From Guillardia theta CCMP2712 (taxonomy: Eukaryota > Protista > Cryptophyta), in the NCBI RefSeq assembly GCF_000315625.1, contig NW_005434673.1, forward strand, positions 596,601-660,600: a stretch of DNA of 64,000 nucleotides, in the 5' to 3' direction. The notes beneath the pieces are model-generated. The model was not told the DNA's origin, did not search any database, and saw only the letters and a list, made by a program, of their open reading frames with translations. Positions 27,847 to 41,589 of this stretch are shown piece after piece. The position numbers and the translations under genes are program-made. How positions within the stretch are numbered: the first letter of the stretch is position 1; each line of letters begins with the position of its first letter.

Positions 27847-29803
27847 TCACGTTGTCCTGCTGCTGTTGAAGGCATGAAGATTATCCAACGCCTGCGAGAG
27901 ATTCACATGCGAAAACTTGATGTAGCTAAAACTGTTTCACCGTCAATGTGTTGTACAATGATCGCTCGTTCTCTTGGTTCTCTTGGAGAGCACTCTCGAT
28001 CCCTGCAAAGATGTCATCACAGTGCTGGTCACTCATCGTCTACATCATCATCATCATCATCGACTTCATCATCATCATCATCGAACTAACATCGACATCA
28101 CCAACTTCTCCCTCCCGTCTCACCTGCGATGATTTTCTTCACAAGCTCGTATCCTGCACGTGCCTTGGCTTTATCCTCTTCGAACTCGTGCTTCTGCTCT
28201 TCGTTGGCGAGCTTCTCTCTTGCGGGTGACGTCAGAGGCAGGAGGGTCACCGTCTCACCTACTTCTGCTTGCTGCCCACCAGATTTTCTCTGCTCCTCTT
28301 CAGCTCTGCGAGCTACAGGGGCGTCAAAGACATCAGGAGGGGCCGACAGTACCTGCTTCTCCATGCGGCTCTTCTCGTGCTTCCACGAGGCTTGCTCCTG
28401 TTCGATCTTCTCCTCCACGCTCTTCATCTCAACCTGCTCGTCCTTCACTCCCGCAAACCTCCCGCTCGCCCCGGGGCACCTCAGCCGTATGGATCTGCTT
28501 CTTGAGCTCGGCGATGTCGGAGTCCAGCTCCAGGTGCGGCTGATCCCCCAGCTGAGACTTGAGCTGCTCCTCCAGTCGCGTCGCCTCCTGCATGACCCGC
28601 GTCAGGCCCGAGGCGAGCACGGGGGACGGCACCTCAGACTTGCTAAGAAGCTCGTGCTTCAACTTTTCTAGCAGGTTCACGCTCTGGACGGCGCTGCCTT
28701 GACCGGAGGACCGGATGACGTTGTTGGCCTGCTTCAGCTGATGAATCTCTGCCTCCTGCTGCCTGACCTGCAGCGCCGGAAGGGTCAGGAGAAGGCCGAC
28801 AGCGGAGGAGAACAGCTGCCTGATTGATCAGCTTCTCCTTCTCGTCCTGCACCACCTGACTCTTCTTCAGGCTTTCAAAGTACTCAGGCGTCCCTCGCAG
28901 CAGCTCAGCGTCGAAGTAGTATCTGCGCTGCAGTCAGCGTCGCCATCAGCCTCTTATCTCCTTCACAGCTCGTTGCCGGTCATGCGCCGGAAGGCGAGAA
29001 CAACATAGGAGCCCTGCCGAGACCTCAGAGACGGTCCTCCCCTCCCTCCCTCCCTCCCTCACCTGCTTCCCGAGGATCAAGTTCCGCAGCGTAGAGAGCG
29101 GCTGCCCTTGCACGTCCTCGTCATCGACCTGCCATGAGCAGCTGAGGGAGACGGCGGCACTTCCCCTGCCCCAACCTTCACGATCACATCGTTGACCCGA
29201 ATCACACCCGATCTGTCTGCGGATCCTCCGGGGACTATGTTGGCTACGTACACCTGCGAGGTGTGAGCGGAGGAGGGAGAGAGGGAAAGGAATTTGCCTT
29301 CCCGGTGTGCGGCTCTTGTTGGAAGAAGATGCCTACCCCTGCGAGCTCTGAGACGATCGTCAGCTCCCTCCCTCCTGCCTCTCTTCATCGATGCTCTCAC
29401 CGCTGTTCCCTGATGTTCGCAGCCCCTCCGAGGACCCGCGAGACCCGCGGCTGTCTCTGCTGCCTGACCCTTGCGAGGGATTGAACCTACAACGTCGTCA
29501 AGCCTCCTCACGCTCCTCAACTCGCTGACTGGTTTGAGCTTGAGCTCGAAAATGGCGACGCTCCTGACTGTCGATGCTGTTGCATAACACTGAAACAGCG
29601 TCAGCAAAATTTATGCTAGTCTGGGCATGAAGGGAGAGGAGAGGAGAGGAGAGGAGATGGGAGGGAGATGGGAGATGGGAGAGAAGGGGAGAGGAGGGGG
29701 AGAGGAGAGGAGGACAGCATAGCCTAGCACAGGAAGACGTGACTTTGACTCACTCGCGCGATCGCCGCATGGCCTCATAGTAGGCGCGCTGTTGGAAATC
29801 CAT
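27847..29803 (-). CDS. PDZ domain + coiled-coil protein
   Basis: AGVGIFF...VYVANIVPGGSADRSGVIRVNDVIVKVDDEDVQG...LILG..GSYVVL followed by E/K/Q-rich coiled-coil exons. Confidence 0.85.
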
Positions 29804-29865
29804 GACGAAGAGGAAGCGGCGCTGGACCTACAACAGGCAACATTTAGCCTAATTCTGAAGCTTTA

Positions 29866-29947
29866 AACTTAAATGTGTACTGCAGTGTTTAACCTAAAAG
29901 TGATCTAAATTGTTCACCTTTAGGTTAAATGTTCTCACTTTTAAGTT
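29866..29947. repeat. AT-rich palindromic element in divergent promoter
   Basis: TTTAACCTAAAAGTGA (29888-29903) pairs with TCACCTTTAGGTTAAA (29914-29929) with 1 mismatch. Outer pair AACTTAAATGTG / CACTTTTAAGTT. Confidence 0.75.
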
Positions 29948-30001
29948 CAATCTTTGTCCCAGTAGAAACAAACGAGTGGGTTCCAGGGCATCGCCTTCCG
30001 A

Positions 30002-32078
30002 ATGCTTCTACCGCCTCCTCCTCCTCCTCCTCCTCCTCCTCCTCCTCGTTCCGCTGCTCTCCCTGCGCTTCTCCACTCATCTCCTCCTCCCTGTGATGCT
30101 ATCACTTGTCTGCTGTGTCTTCTCGTCTTATCCCAGTCCTTTGCTTCTTCCTTCATCTCTGCCCCTTCGACGACTTCGGACCTGCTCGTCTTCTCCGACT
30201 GCCCTTGAAAGATCGCGAGGCACGTTAATAGCATGGAAGCGATAGATGCTTGAAGTCACTCCGCTTACTTGCTTGCCTGTCCTCCCTTCATCGAGCTCGT
30301 GATATGCTGCCGTCAGAGAGCCGTCAAGCCCTCTTAGAACAGCATCTTTCAGCCATGTCTCTGTTCAGGTGAACCAAGCCAGTGCTGTCCTCTCGCCATT
30401 TCTCACCTCACTCGCGAGTTTGCAGGAATCTCACGAGGAAGGAGCTTCGTCAGGTGATCTGATTGCAGGAGCGACAGCTGGAGCAACAGCAGGGTTGACA
30501 TGCAAGCAGGTGGCGGCTTCTTCTTCCGTCCGTCAGTTCGCGCCGAGAAACATCATCTGCAAGAAGGGGACGCGAGCGAAGCAGCTGTTCCTCGTGCTGA
30601 GCGGCGAGGTGCTTGAATGTTCTGAGTCGAACTTGAGTCAGAGGATGTTTTCATCCGGAGCTGCGACAGGTGTTGTTGACTTGTGCCTTCCCTCCCTCTC
30701 AGACTTGCTCATGCGCTTAGGCTTGATGTCTGCGCTGCTCGGGAGGGAGCTGGACGTCACCTGGGTAGCAGGCAGACGAGGAAGCTTGATCGGATCCATC
30801 CCCTCCTACGCTTTCGGCAAAGTCATCGAGGATCACGGCCAGGAGTTTGCGGAGACGATCATGCAGCAGGGGCTTCAGTGCCTGTCTCCCGCTAGGGGCT
30901 TCTGCTCGTCCGCCAAGGTGCGCTCAGCCTCGTCCTCGCTCGCTGACTGTCAGTCAAGGTCAACTTCCTGTCCTTCGTGCTTGACCGATTCAAAGATTCG
31001 AACCGACTCGCCTGCATCCGAAGCAACTTGACGAGAAGCCTTGGCTTGACATTGCTGAGGACATGCTTCTACGGTTGGAACCTCACGCTCTTGACGAGCC
31101 AGCGCTCGCGAGTTTTGAGCATCAGGAGGAGGCAGAGGTACTGGCATGCCTCCTACCCCACACCCTGACGCTGAGCTGCGTGAGCAGAAGCATGCTGAAG
31201 CGTTTCTCGGCATGGCGGGAGTATGCAAACCGAGCGAGCAGATGCAGGATGATGCAGCGACTGGTTTCATGCTCAGAATGCCTCGTTGGTGATGACTCTA
31301 AGCCCGTCACGCTCGAGAAGCGAGTAGACGCTCTGCTCTCCGCCTTACAACGGGGAACGAACTTGCATGCTGAAAGTCGCGCGTGCCAGGCGAGTACCTC
31401 AGATGACGATGCGACAAACAAGCAGAAAGAGATGGAGAGTTTGAGGGAGGAGAACCGACAGCTGGACGCTGAGCTGAAGTATTACAAGGAGCAGTTCCAG
31501 TCACTGAGACTCGCGCATGACTTGAACCCCTCAAGGGGCGATGGGAACGTGAAGGCTGATGTGAACCTGGAGGGCCCAGACAGCCAGGGCAGCAGCAAGG
31601 TCAACGGACAAGAAGCTGGGGGAGGAAACAATGACGAGGTGAGGAGTGAGCGGTGGAATCTATTCTGAAGTATGCTCAGGGAGAGACTAGTGTGAGTTTC
31701 AACGAGGAGGGAACGATCATCTCGGACCTCTCCTACTCCTTCTCGAGAGAGAAAGAGCCCGATCGCCTTCAAGAGCGGCTGGAGGAGCGTCTTCTGCATC
31801 CCCAACAGCCTTACCCTGGCAGCGACGGGGCCGAGGACGGGGCTTCACCCAGGGATGCCCAGCTGGTGAACGACTTGATTGAGCAGCTGCGGTCCAGTCA
31901 GTTGGCCCTTCAGTCTGACCTCCGTCGCATCTCCGTCGGGATGGAGACTGTCAATGTGCGTTCGATGCAGTCGCAGAGCTCGAGAAGGCCCTGGGGGTCA
32001 GTGTCGGCCCAGCTCGTCACCTCCCACGCCGCCAAGCAACGAGCAGCAGCTGAAGCCTGCCGGCAAGACATGCGATGA
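30002..32078 (+). CDS. cNMP-binding-like domain protein with coiled coil
   Basis: VRQFAPRNIICKKGTRAKQLFLVLSGEV fits a cNMP domain. Sfi1-like FYGW/FSAW helices and coiled coil KEMESLREENRQLDAEL follow. Confidence 0.6.
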
Positions 32079-32106
32079 CAAGCGTCAAGGCATGCGATGA
32101 CAAGCT

Positions 32107-33931
32107 TCAGTCTGTGATGACAGGAATAGCGCAGTCGACGCATCTGGAGCTCAAGTTCCAGGATCGCCAGACCTTCCAGTCTTCCGTGTACCAATCTTGC
32201 ACAAGCTGCAAACACGCAGAGCGTCAAGATATGCAAGACTCGGCTCTTGCGCGTCACCGTCTGTACACCGCAAGAGTGCAAAAGCCAGGGGACGACGGCG
32301 TCAACGGCTCGATACTTGTAGGTCTGAGGCGAGTACATGGCATGGCCTTCGAACTCGAGGTAGTCGAGCCAGCACGCGACTCCCGACGTGATCATCTTGC
32401 GGATCACCTCATACTCCGCTCCCTGTTGCAGCCGGTGATGTAAATAGAGAGAAAGGAAACGAACGCCCTTGCCTCGATGTCCATCCTCAAGAAGATGACG
32501 TCTTGGGGCAGGGCGACCTCCTTGATGTACCTCACGATGTCTACTGTCTCCACATCGTACTCCTGCGAGAAGTCTTGCTCGCACACCTGACAGCTGCTGG
32601 TGAGGTGAGGGAGCAGCAGAGCGGACGGAGGCACCTTGGAGCCGCACTGGTGGTAGGCATGGTCGTTCATGATGGAGGACCCGATGCCTCCCTCGTCGCT
32701 GTGCGCGTGGAAGCGAATCTTCTCGCCGTCGTGCTTCCAGACAGCCTTCTGATGGAAGTGACCGTTGAACTTGCGAGCGATGTCGCTCAGAGGCTGCGCG
32801 AACCTCGGCTGAGGCTCGAAGATGTGCGGCTGGAAGCCTGGGTTCTTCTCGCAGAAGTCTCTGATCCACGCGCCGTCATTGGCTCCGAGCTCGAAGACAA
32901 GATGCTTGGGGGCCCGGCTCTTCCTCTCTTGGATCCGCTTGTGCTTGACGTCATGAGATTCCAGCTGTGAGCGAAGGAAAAGAACCTGCTCTTCAAGCTC
33001 CTGTATCCTCGACATGAGCAACCCGGACTGAGTCAGCCACCAGCTCTCCCTCTCCCCTCGGACCTCCTGCGTCTCCACCAAGAACCAGAACTGGCAAGGG
33101 GGATAGGAAATGCGATCCGGGCCATTACTACCCAGTTGGATCTCGACGGAATGGATCCCTCCGACGAGGCTCTCGAGCTCGAACTGGACGAGGACGATCA
33201 GCGACTGTCTCTGACGCTCGTCGGTGAAGGCGACGTCCTCCAGCAGGCGGACAGTGTGGAAGCTGCTGCCGTTCAACATAGTCTGATGCTCCCTCCCATC
33301 CAGATAGATCATCATGTACCCTCCGAGCCCCAGCGACGAGACGCTGATCTCGTCGCCTTCATACAGGCTGATCCCCTCCCCACCCTCAACGTTGTACATG
33401 CTCGACAGCTCACCGTACGACAAGACGACCTCCGCATGCACCCTGAGAGAACAAATGAGGGAGGGAAAAGTAAGGGAAAGGAGGAGCATGTGAGGGGAGG
33501 AGCAAGAGAGGGGTGAAGTAAGGCAGGACTCACTTGACATGGAGGCTGGAGGCGGCAGGGAGGACATGTCCGTTGTCGGGTTGGATCACGTTGAGGTACC
33601 TCTGGTCCATTGGCAGAGGCTGAAACAGAACCTCAGCCTCTTCGAAGATGTTTGGTGGGGTCGTGCTGGACACGACTGACAGCTTGCTCTCGACGTCTCC
33701 TTGCAGGCATCCAGCTATGGTTGAGCAAATTCCTGCCGCCCCGAACTTGGTGCAGCCGCCATCGCTCCTGGGCCTGCACCTCCCTTCCAGGCACAAGCCT
33801 TTCCACAGTTCGTTCACTTCAGTGCAGTTCAGCATGGCGAACTCGTCCGGGGTCTGACTAGGAGGAAGACCCTCGGAGAGGTGGAGCAGCAGCAGCAGCA
33901 GCAGCAGCCAGCAGGCATGAATCGTTCCCAT
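32107..33931 (-). CDS. Signal-peptide-bearing FkbM-family SAM methyltransferase
   Basis: N-terminal [21 protein letters not shown]. FkbM motifs VFELGANDG, IFEPQP, AVW, LRMDIEGAEYEV, LEFEGH. Confidence 0.85.
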
Positions 33932-34497
33932 CCCTGGCCTACTCGCTCGTTCTCGTTCCGACCATCCCAAACCCTATGAGACAATCACTGCCTATATCCT
34001 CCTCCTCCTCCTCCTCCTCTTCCTTGTCCCCTCATTCCTCGTCCTCCTAGCTCCCTCCTTCCTCCTCTTCCTGCTCCTCGTTCCCTCCTCCCTTCTTTCT
34101 CCTCCCCCTCCTCTTCCTCAGCAGCGTTTGATGCACCCCATCACGTCGCCTACCCCCCCTCCCGCCCGCCTCCCCGCGCAGGCACCAACTATCAGCAAAG
34201 GAACCAATGCAAAGGACTCGAACTGCAAAGGAACGGGTGACTCAGATCAGCCTGGGCTTGAAAATCCGGACAGATCAGTAGACAGCGACTGTCTCCCTCC
34301 CCTCCCCACTCCTTTCTCCCCCCCCCCCTTCCCTCCTCGCCTCCTCGTCCTCCACCTCCTCGTCCTCCCTCGCCGTGGCTCCAATTCACTTCCCCCCTCA
34401 TTCCCTCGTCTTCCACATCTTCAATCTTCTTTGCGGCTCTTCACTCTTGAACGTGTTTAACTTGCTATCAACCAGAGAGGAAGGAGGGAGAAGCTTC

Positions 34498-35883
34498 TCA
34501 GCTCACTTTGTACAGCCGGATGTTGGAGAACAGAAGCCCATCATCGTCCGCGTGCTCGTCGTCCTCCTCCTCCGCTTCGGGGTACTGCAGCTTCTGCTCC
34601 TCAATGCCGTACTTGGACATTTCCGACGCAGCCCCGTCACAGTTGGAGAGCTGTTCATCGAGGGAGGGGCAGGCGACGACGAGGCAGCCCTTGGACAAGC
34701 TGGAGAAGATGGACCGCAAGGCCTCGAGCGCCGATGGTTTTGACGAGAAGAACTGGAAGGGGTTGTGCAACACCACAACCTGCGACAGCCGCAGCAGCTC
34801 CGACGAGTTTCTGATGTCATCACAGATCACTCGAGCCCTCCCGCTCATCTTGAACGCCTTGAGCGTCTCCTCCTGCAGCTCGCAAAACTCTTTGTTCACC
34901 TCTATCCCGATCTGCCAGCAGCTCAGAACCTCGACGAGAGTGCGGGCCCACCCACCGCCTCCTTCACATCCCCGAACAGACACGCGCCGAAGAGGACCGC
35001 TCCCAGCCTCGAGCCCACGTCGAGCACTGTCGCGTCTTTGAGCTTGCAGCGGGTCGGGAGGACCTGCGGAAGTCAGAGGAAGGGATCGAGCGAGACGAGG
35101 AGGACCGAGTTGAAGACGAACTCTAGTTCGCGGATCGACAGAGAGTGGGTGATGAAGTTGAGCTTTTCCACACTCCTGCTCCCACAGTCTGCACCCCATC
35201 CAAGTGAGCCTGCCGACCCTCCCCCATCCTCCCCCCCATCCTCCCCCATCCTCCCCCATCCTCCCCCATCCTCTCACCGACCTTTGCAGTAGTGCCTCGG
35301 GAGCTTGCCCTCGTCGCAAAGCTCGTCGACCTCGTGCATCTCATACAAGAAATCGTCGACCGACAGCGTGTTGACGGTGTTGTACGACTCGAACTGTAAG
35401 GCAAAATGAGCAAGGTCAGAACCACCAGGAAGCGAGAGCTCACTTCTGTCCCCTTGTGCTCATACAAGATGTTCTCGGAAGGAAGGACTGCCTCCATGGG
35501 CACGCGACTTCGAAGAAAGAACTTGATCTCCTGCATCTTCTCGTAAGGGTTCACAACTTGCGCCTGCACTTCAGTGTCATGACATCCAACCACCAGCCTC
35601 CTCGGCCGCGCACCAGCCTCTGCTTCTTCCCGCCTCGCACATCCTCGCCCCCATCGTCCTCGCCTTCCTCCTGCATGAGCCTTAGGATGAAGTGATCAGC
35701 GAGGAGGGAGGGAGGGAGGGAGGGAGGAACCTCGAACGATCTCTGCTTGTCTGCCATCAGCTTGCGCACTCCCTCCTCGAACTCGCTCCACATGTCCCGC
35801 GGGACTCCCTCCATGATCTCGTCTATGCTCTGCACGGCTCGAAGAACCGCGGAGATTCCGGCGCTCGACTTGTCCCGAGGCAT
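34498..35883 (-). CDS. Class I SAM-dependent methyltransferase with CxxC motif (conserved uncharacterised family)
   Basis: Spliced VDDFLY...RHYCKDCGS...FITHS...VLDVGSRLGAVL...IGIEVNKEFC...VICDDI...VVVLHNPFQFF. Confidence 0.8.
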
Positions 35884-36336
35884 CGCAGTACGGACAGAAG
35901 GAGTCAAGATACAGGGGACAGGCGTCAGGTCGAGGAGGAGGAGGAGGAGGAGGAGGAGGAGGACAGTAAGAGGAGGAGGGGATGGGTTGATACTGGCAAC
36001 TACACGTGCATTCCCCGGGGAGCACAGGCAGAAAAAGACAGCGATTTTCTCTTTAATCTGAATGCTACCCTTTGAATAAAATCTTGGGGGCAGCAATATC
36101 TTTTCCCTCTTTGAGGTAGTTGAAGGCTCTGAGGCAGGCTCTGTGTGAAGTGAAAGAGAAGAGAAGAGACGAGTTTCGGTTTGCCTTGGTTGTATGTACA
36201 CATAGAGAACATTTGATATCAGAAGCGTCGATCTCACATACCGGAGACACTGCTATCAAAGCAACGGCAAGACACTGATATCAAGTACAAGATATTTGAC
36301 AACATAACATCGAGCAAGAAACATGAATCGTAGACT

Positions 36337-39300
36337 TCAGATTACATTGTTCACCATCATCGCCTTCAGCAGCACTTTTGCTTGACCAGACACAACCTTT
36401 GACTGATCCTGCTCGACAAGCTTCTCGAGGAGGTTGATACTGCAAGAGGGTCAGCAGAGGATGTGGGAAGGGAGGGAGAGGGGATGAGAGGGCTTACAGG
36501 TCATGCTTGGTGATGAAGACTCGGGGGTCTTCAGACTTCTCATACATGACCTTGACAGACGTCAAAACCAACACACACACACACACACGAGCCTCCACCT
36601 GGATGATCTGCAGTACTACTTTGCGGACTACAGCCTCCGGATGGTCCAACCTCTTGAGAAGCTCGTCAACCATGTCCGATTCCTGCTTGCTGTCAGTGCC
36701 CATCAGCGGAGGGAGCGAGAGCATCACTCCGAGCTTTCGATTCAGCCGCTTGTACTGCAGAATCCTCAAGAGGGGAGGGAAGAGGTTGCTCGCAGAGCCG
36801 ACGTCGCAGTCAGCGACGCTCTTGACGAGGACTTGCATGGCTTGAGGTTGCAGCAGCACCTGAGATGAGATGAGGAAGAGCTTCCCTGAAGCAGCCTCAC
36901 ATCTTCCAACGAGTTCGCGTCCTTGGACGACGACAGCCACACGGCGACGCAGTTGAGAGCGACGTGATGCCAATACTTCATCTGCCACCCACGTGATGAC
37001 GATAAAAGAGCCTGCGGGCTACTGACCTGCAGGATCTCCAGGTAGAAGGAGAGCCCGTTGTTCAGCCACAGGTGCCGGCGAGCCTCGTCCCCTGCAACAC
37101 CGTCATTCGGCCACACGAGCCCTCGATCGATCTTTCCTGCATGCGCGAGATCGCATAGCAAGGGGATGGCGAGCTGCCGCAGAGGGCTGTTGGACTTGAT
37201 CAACCGCTGCAGCACCGGCATCATTCATCGCACTGCAGAAGCTCAGGAGGCACCTGAAGGTGGACGATTACGCCGGCAGCTGCTGCCTGAAGGACCAGCA
37301 TGAAAATGTGCGACACAGAAAGATTGTGAGGGAACCTGCTCCTGCCGAACCTTGGACAACTTGCAGAGGTTGTAGAGTGCGAACATGACCTGCCATCCGA
37401 TCAAACGTGATGTAAGAGCAAGAGGTGCTCAGCTGACTTGGCTCTGCACTTCAGAGCTGATCCTCGTCTGTTTGGATCCCATCTTCGTCGCACTTCTCGA
37501 GAGAAGTTTGACCAGGACCGTGACGCATCCGGCCTGCTGCAAGGGCACCAGCGAGTTGGTGTCGCCAGAGAGATGCCGTAGCGCTTTCAGGAGCTGGCGA
37601 CCAAGAAGATCAGGAGACAGACGGGAGGAGACAACAGTCACCTTGAGGTAGGCCCCCTCCAGGACCCGAGACAATCCCTCCGCCCCAGCCTCGAGGATTG
37701 GCAGCAGCACCTCCAGCACCTTCATCTTCGCCATGTCTGCCTTCACGACTTTGTCCGCCTGAGAGAATAAGACAACAATGCTCGCGATCCTCTCAGCGTG
37801 TAGCTCCGAGAGGTCCACCCAGCCGTTGGCCTCGTTCTGAGTCTGCTGGTTCCTGTTCCTGTGCTCGATGAATGGCCGTCGAAGGAGAGCGACAAGGCGA
37901 GCAGCAGCCTCGACCCGTGCGAGGAGCCGGCAGAAGTCTGTCTTGGGAGTAGGAGGAGGAAGATTGATGACCTTCCAGATGCAATCGAGGGCGACGTGGT
38001 TGAGCGGAGGCTCTGCAGCAAGAAGACCAACAAGTACAGGAATCCCTTGACAGGCCACTATCATCTGGACGTGACGTGGCTCGGCTCCCCAGCAGAGGCT
38101 GTTGAGGACGAGAGCTGCTTGCTGTACGATCTGTGCTGCGGAGTCGTTGCTGAGATTCAACGAACACAAGGCAAGAAGTCGATGCGCCAGACCCACGGTG
38201 AGCATGTTGTCCACCACGGGGCTGATGATACCGATGACTCCGGTGTAATCCCCAGCAGCATTTCTTCTTTCCCTCTCCGTGATCGCTTCGTGGATCACAC
38301 GTAAAATGCGGCAAACAACAAGGGACGAGGGGCTGTCGAGCATTTCCAACAGCGGCAACACCTGATGATGAATGATCAAACTATGCTTGATCTCGCCATG
38401 GTATCGTAGAAGTTGCTCAAGAGATTGACAGATCTCGCACTGCTCGACCTCTCCTCCCTCTGGTGATAGCTGGTTGCATAGTTGCAGCATCTCTGCCTCA
38501 ACCAGTTCAAACCGTCTGCCTTGAAACAAATCAGGCTGACTGGCCTCTTCGTCGTTGATCCATTCGATGTCCGAGAACGGATCCTCCTCATCTTCCTCGT
38601 CAACGCTTTCAGTCTTCTGCAGCCTCTGATTCACATACAGACGGCGCTGCAGGACAGACTGAAAACCCTCAACGTGCACGAGGTCTTCATTGCTGTCTTC
38701 CATGTCCAGGTCCAAGAGTTCGTTGTCCGTTTGGTTCTCCATGTACTTGCCCATCCGACTTTGCCAGCTTGAGGAAGCTGCGGGTGGTATCATGTCAGTC
38801 AGAAAGAAATTCATGCCAGTGCCGCGTACCTGACAAACTCCCCATCGCGTTGTAGTTGTGGATTTTCTCCAAATCTTCCGGTCGGATGACTTGTGGTCTC
38901 GGAATTTTCGATTTGGCTGTTAGGGAGGAAGGAAGCTCGAGATCGCTGAGATCGAGGTTGTCAGTCTCATCACCTGTTTCCGAATAATGATGCAGAGATG
39001 AGCCGGTAATTTTGCTGTGCTGTACATTCATGATATTGTCTGACATTGCGGGAGCGGCGATCTCTTTCTCTGCTCGCTCCAGTCCCTTGCCAGCGTCAAA
39101 ACTTTGGGCATCGTCATCTCCCCAATCCGCTTCCGTCTCGATGTCGATGTCCCCAGTGTTGGTGACATGTCTCAGCTGTAACTGAAGCAACACAGAATCG
39201 GGATCCTGACAACTGCAAGTCAAGAAATGCATTAATCTCCTCCAAGTGTGGCCAGTACCACTGAGGACGACGTGGGAGGTCCGACAAGGTCTTTGCCCCA

Positions 39301-41037
39301 GTCTAAGGCTTCCTCGTCATCCTGTGTGGGACAACAGCACAAATGTCATCTTGCAAGACACAAGAATCATCGCAAACAACCTCAAACCACTGCTGGATGC
39401 TCTTGTCCATGTTCGGCTTCTTCGTGACTTTCGTTTCCCCTTGTGGGGGATTCCCGCGAGCTCCGCTGCGTGAGGTGCCTCCAAGTGTCTCGCTACTGAG
39501 CTCGATACCTCGCGATTCATGCAATTGTGCTGGTGTTCCGTTCTCACTCGCTCTCGTTGCCCCTTCATTAGCTGGAACAGCAGTAGAGGAGTGCTCTTGA
39601 GCTTCTGGAACATTGCAATCTTCCTCTGCCATCCCCTGAGAGTCGCCTTCCTGAGCTACAGGAGGCAGCCCGACAGCCCTGCGGTACTTGTTTCTGCCTT
39701 CTACCAATGCCTCGAGAGCCGACGAGGAAAGGTTGTCCTATGTGAAGTCAGAACAAGACTAGGAGGGAAAGGGGAGGGGGGGGGGGGACAAGTACCTGAG
39801 GGCGTGGGAACGTGACATTATACGCCCTCGGCCTCCGGCGTGCGAATTTACTTGCTCGTGCTCCATATTGCTCATGTCGGTTGTATCCATCTCCACCGCC
39901 TCTTGTCGTTAAACTTGAGTTTGAGATGTGGCTCCCTGTCAAGTTTGAACGCATACTTGCATAGTGAGCTGCTGAACCGTCCGGCCCCTCAGGCGTCCAA
40001 GACAACTTTCTGTTCGCCATGATGGCATTCGTTCCTACTGCTCGGGTTCCTCTTGTCTTTTTATCTCTCTGTGCTGCCTCATGCAGCTCCAGAGTGCGCT
40101 CTACAACCTCTGTCCAGTTCTGCCCTCGAGTGACATCCCCAGCATGGTTGGGCGCAAGCTCCCCAGAGATCGACTGTCGACGGGCGACCACGAGCGTGAT
40201 CCACTTGTGGTCCAGCAACTGCTTCGCTGTCAACCTGGTGCTGGGGTCTTTGCGGAAGCAAAGCTTCAAGAAATCATCAAGCGCCGGCGACATGTCCTTG
40301 GGAAGGGGAGGGCAGGGGTCTTGTACTATGCGGAACAGGGCAGGCATGGCAGCGAGATCGAAGTAAGGAGGGGAACCTGTCAGCAGCTCAATGATAGTGG
40401 CTCCGACGCTCCAGATGTCAGAGGCAGGCGAGGCAGGAGACATCTCGATAACCTCAGGGGCCATCCAGTAGGGAGTCCCTGCCACATCATGGTAGTCTTT
40501 TCCTGGCAGAGCAGTGGCGTCGCCCATTCGCGTCGCAACTCCGAAGTCAGCGAGTTTGACTGTCCCCTCCTTGGTGGTCAGGATGTTAGCGCCTTTGATG
40601 TCTCGATGGATGACGCCCTGAGTATGCAGATAGTGCAGCCCCTGCAGAACCTGCTCAATGTAGATAGCGATCAAACTCTCCGGGAGACTTCCAAACTTCT
40701 TGACCGTATTCGCTAGGGAGCCATTCTCGACATATTCTAGAACAATATTCAAATAGTCTTTGGTCTTTATCGAGGCGAGGTACTTGACAATGTTGGCATG
40801 ATCCAAATGGTTCAGAAGTTCGATTTCTTTCATCATGCTCGAGATTTCCTCTTTTGCCATGTTATGAAGGGGGATTTGTTTGATAGCCACAACATCGCCG
40901 GTATCCATGTTCAAGGTCTTGTACACTTTCCCGTTGTTACCCTTACCGATGATCTCTCCCAGTTTGTAATTCTTGATAGTAGTGCCCGACTGATCTTTTG
41001 GGGGCAAGGGTGGAAGCTTGCCCTTGAGCCTTGGCAT
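36337..41037 (-). CDS. Cdc15/Cdc7(SIN)/SepA/MAP3K-epsilon-like STE kinase with C-terminal ARM/HEAT repeats
   Basis: [14 protein letters not shown]-type, [37 protein letters not shown]. Helical repeat exons ([26 protein letters not shown]) ending in MMVNNVI. Confidence 0.92.
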
Positions 41038-41589
41038 GATGAAGGTTTCAAGGTTTCAGATGTGTCTTTTATGCGTTGCTACGGTATCAAGTCTCCTCCC
41101 AAAGCCCCATGATGTCGTTCAGAACAAATCGAAAGATCCATCTGGACTGAAACCAACTTGAGTTGATTGAGAATGCCGACATTTCAAACGCTGAGAACAG
41201 ACAACCTTGGCATATGCTCTCCACGCACACACTTGGTCCTTACTTGTTCATTCTTCATATCTTCTCACCTTCGATTCGCATCTCCTTCCTCTTGTTCTGT
41301 CCAGATCTTTCACCAACTCACCCCCCATAGTCTCCCGCCATTAGCAGCATGAACCCTACCACCCGTCCAAACATCCTAATAACTTTGGTGCTGTTGATCT
41401 TTCCCACCCCTTCTTTGAGCGGGATGTACCCCTTTTGAACACATGACCCCACCCACTGTCGATGACTATCACCCCTACCTCAGTTTCATAGTAAAACTAC
41501 CCCCTTCTGGACCCTCCCCACCTGCCTGAGCTTCAATTTCAACTGGCTGACTGGTAACTCAGGTTATGAGCCTCACGGTGGTTTATTAC

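Noticed and set aside
40925-40955. Atypical kinase glycine loop GKGNNG (pseudokinase?)
   Set aside because: All three glycines, VAIK, HRD, DFG and APE are intact, so it is likely an active kinase.
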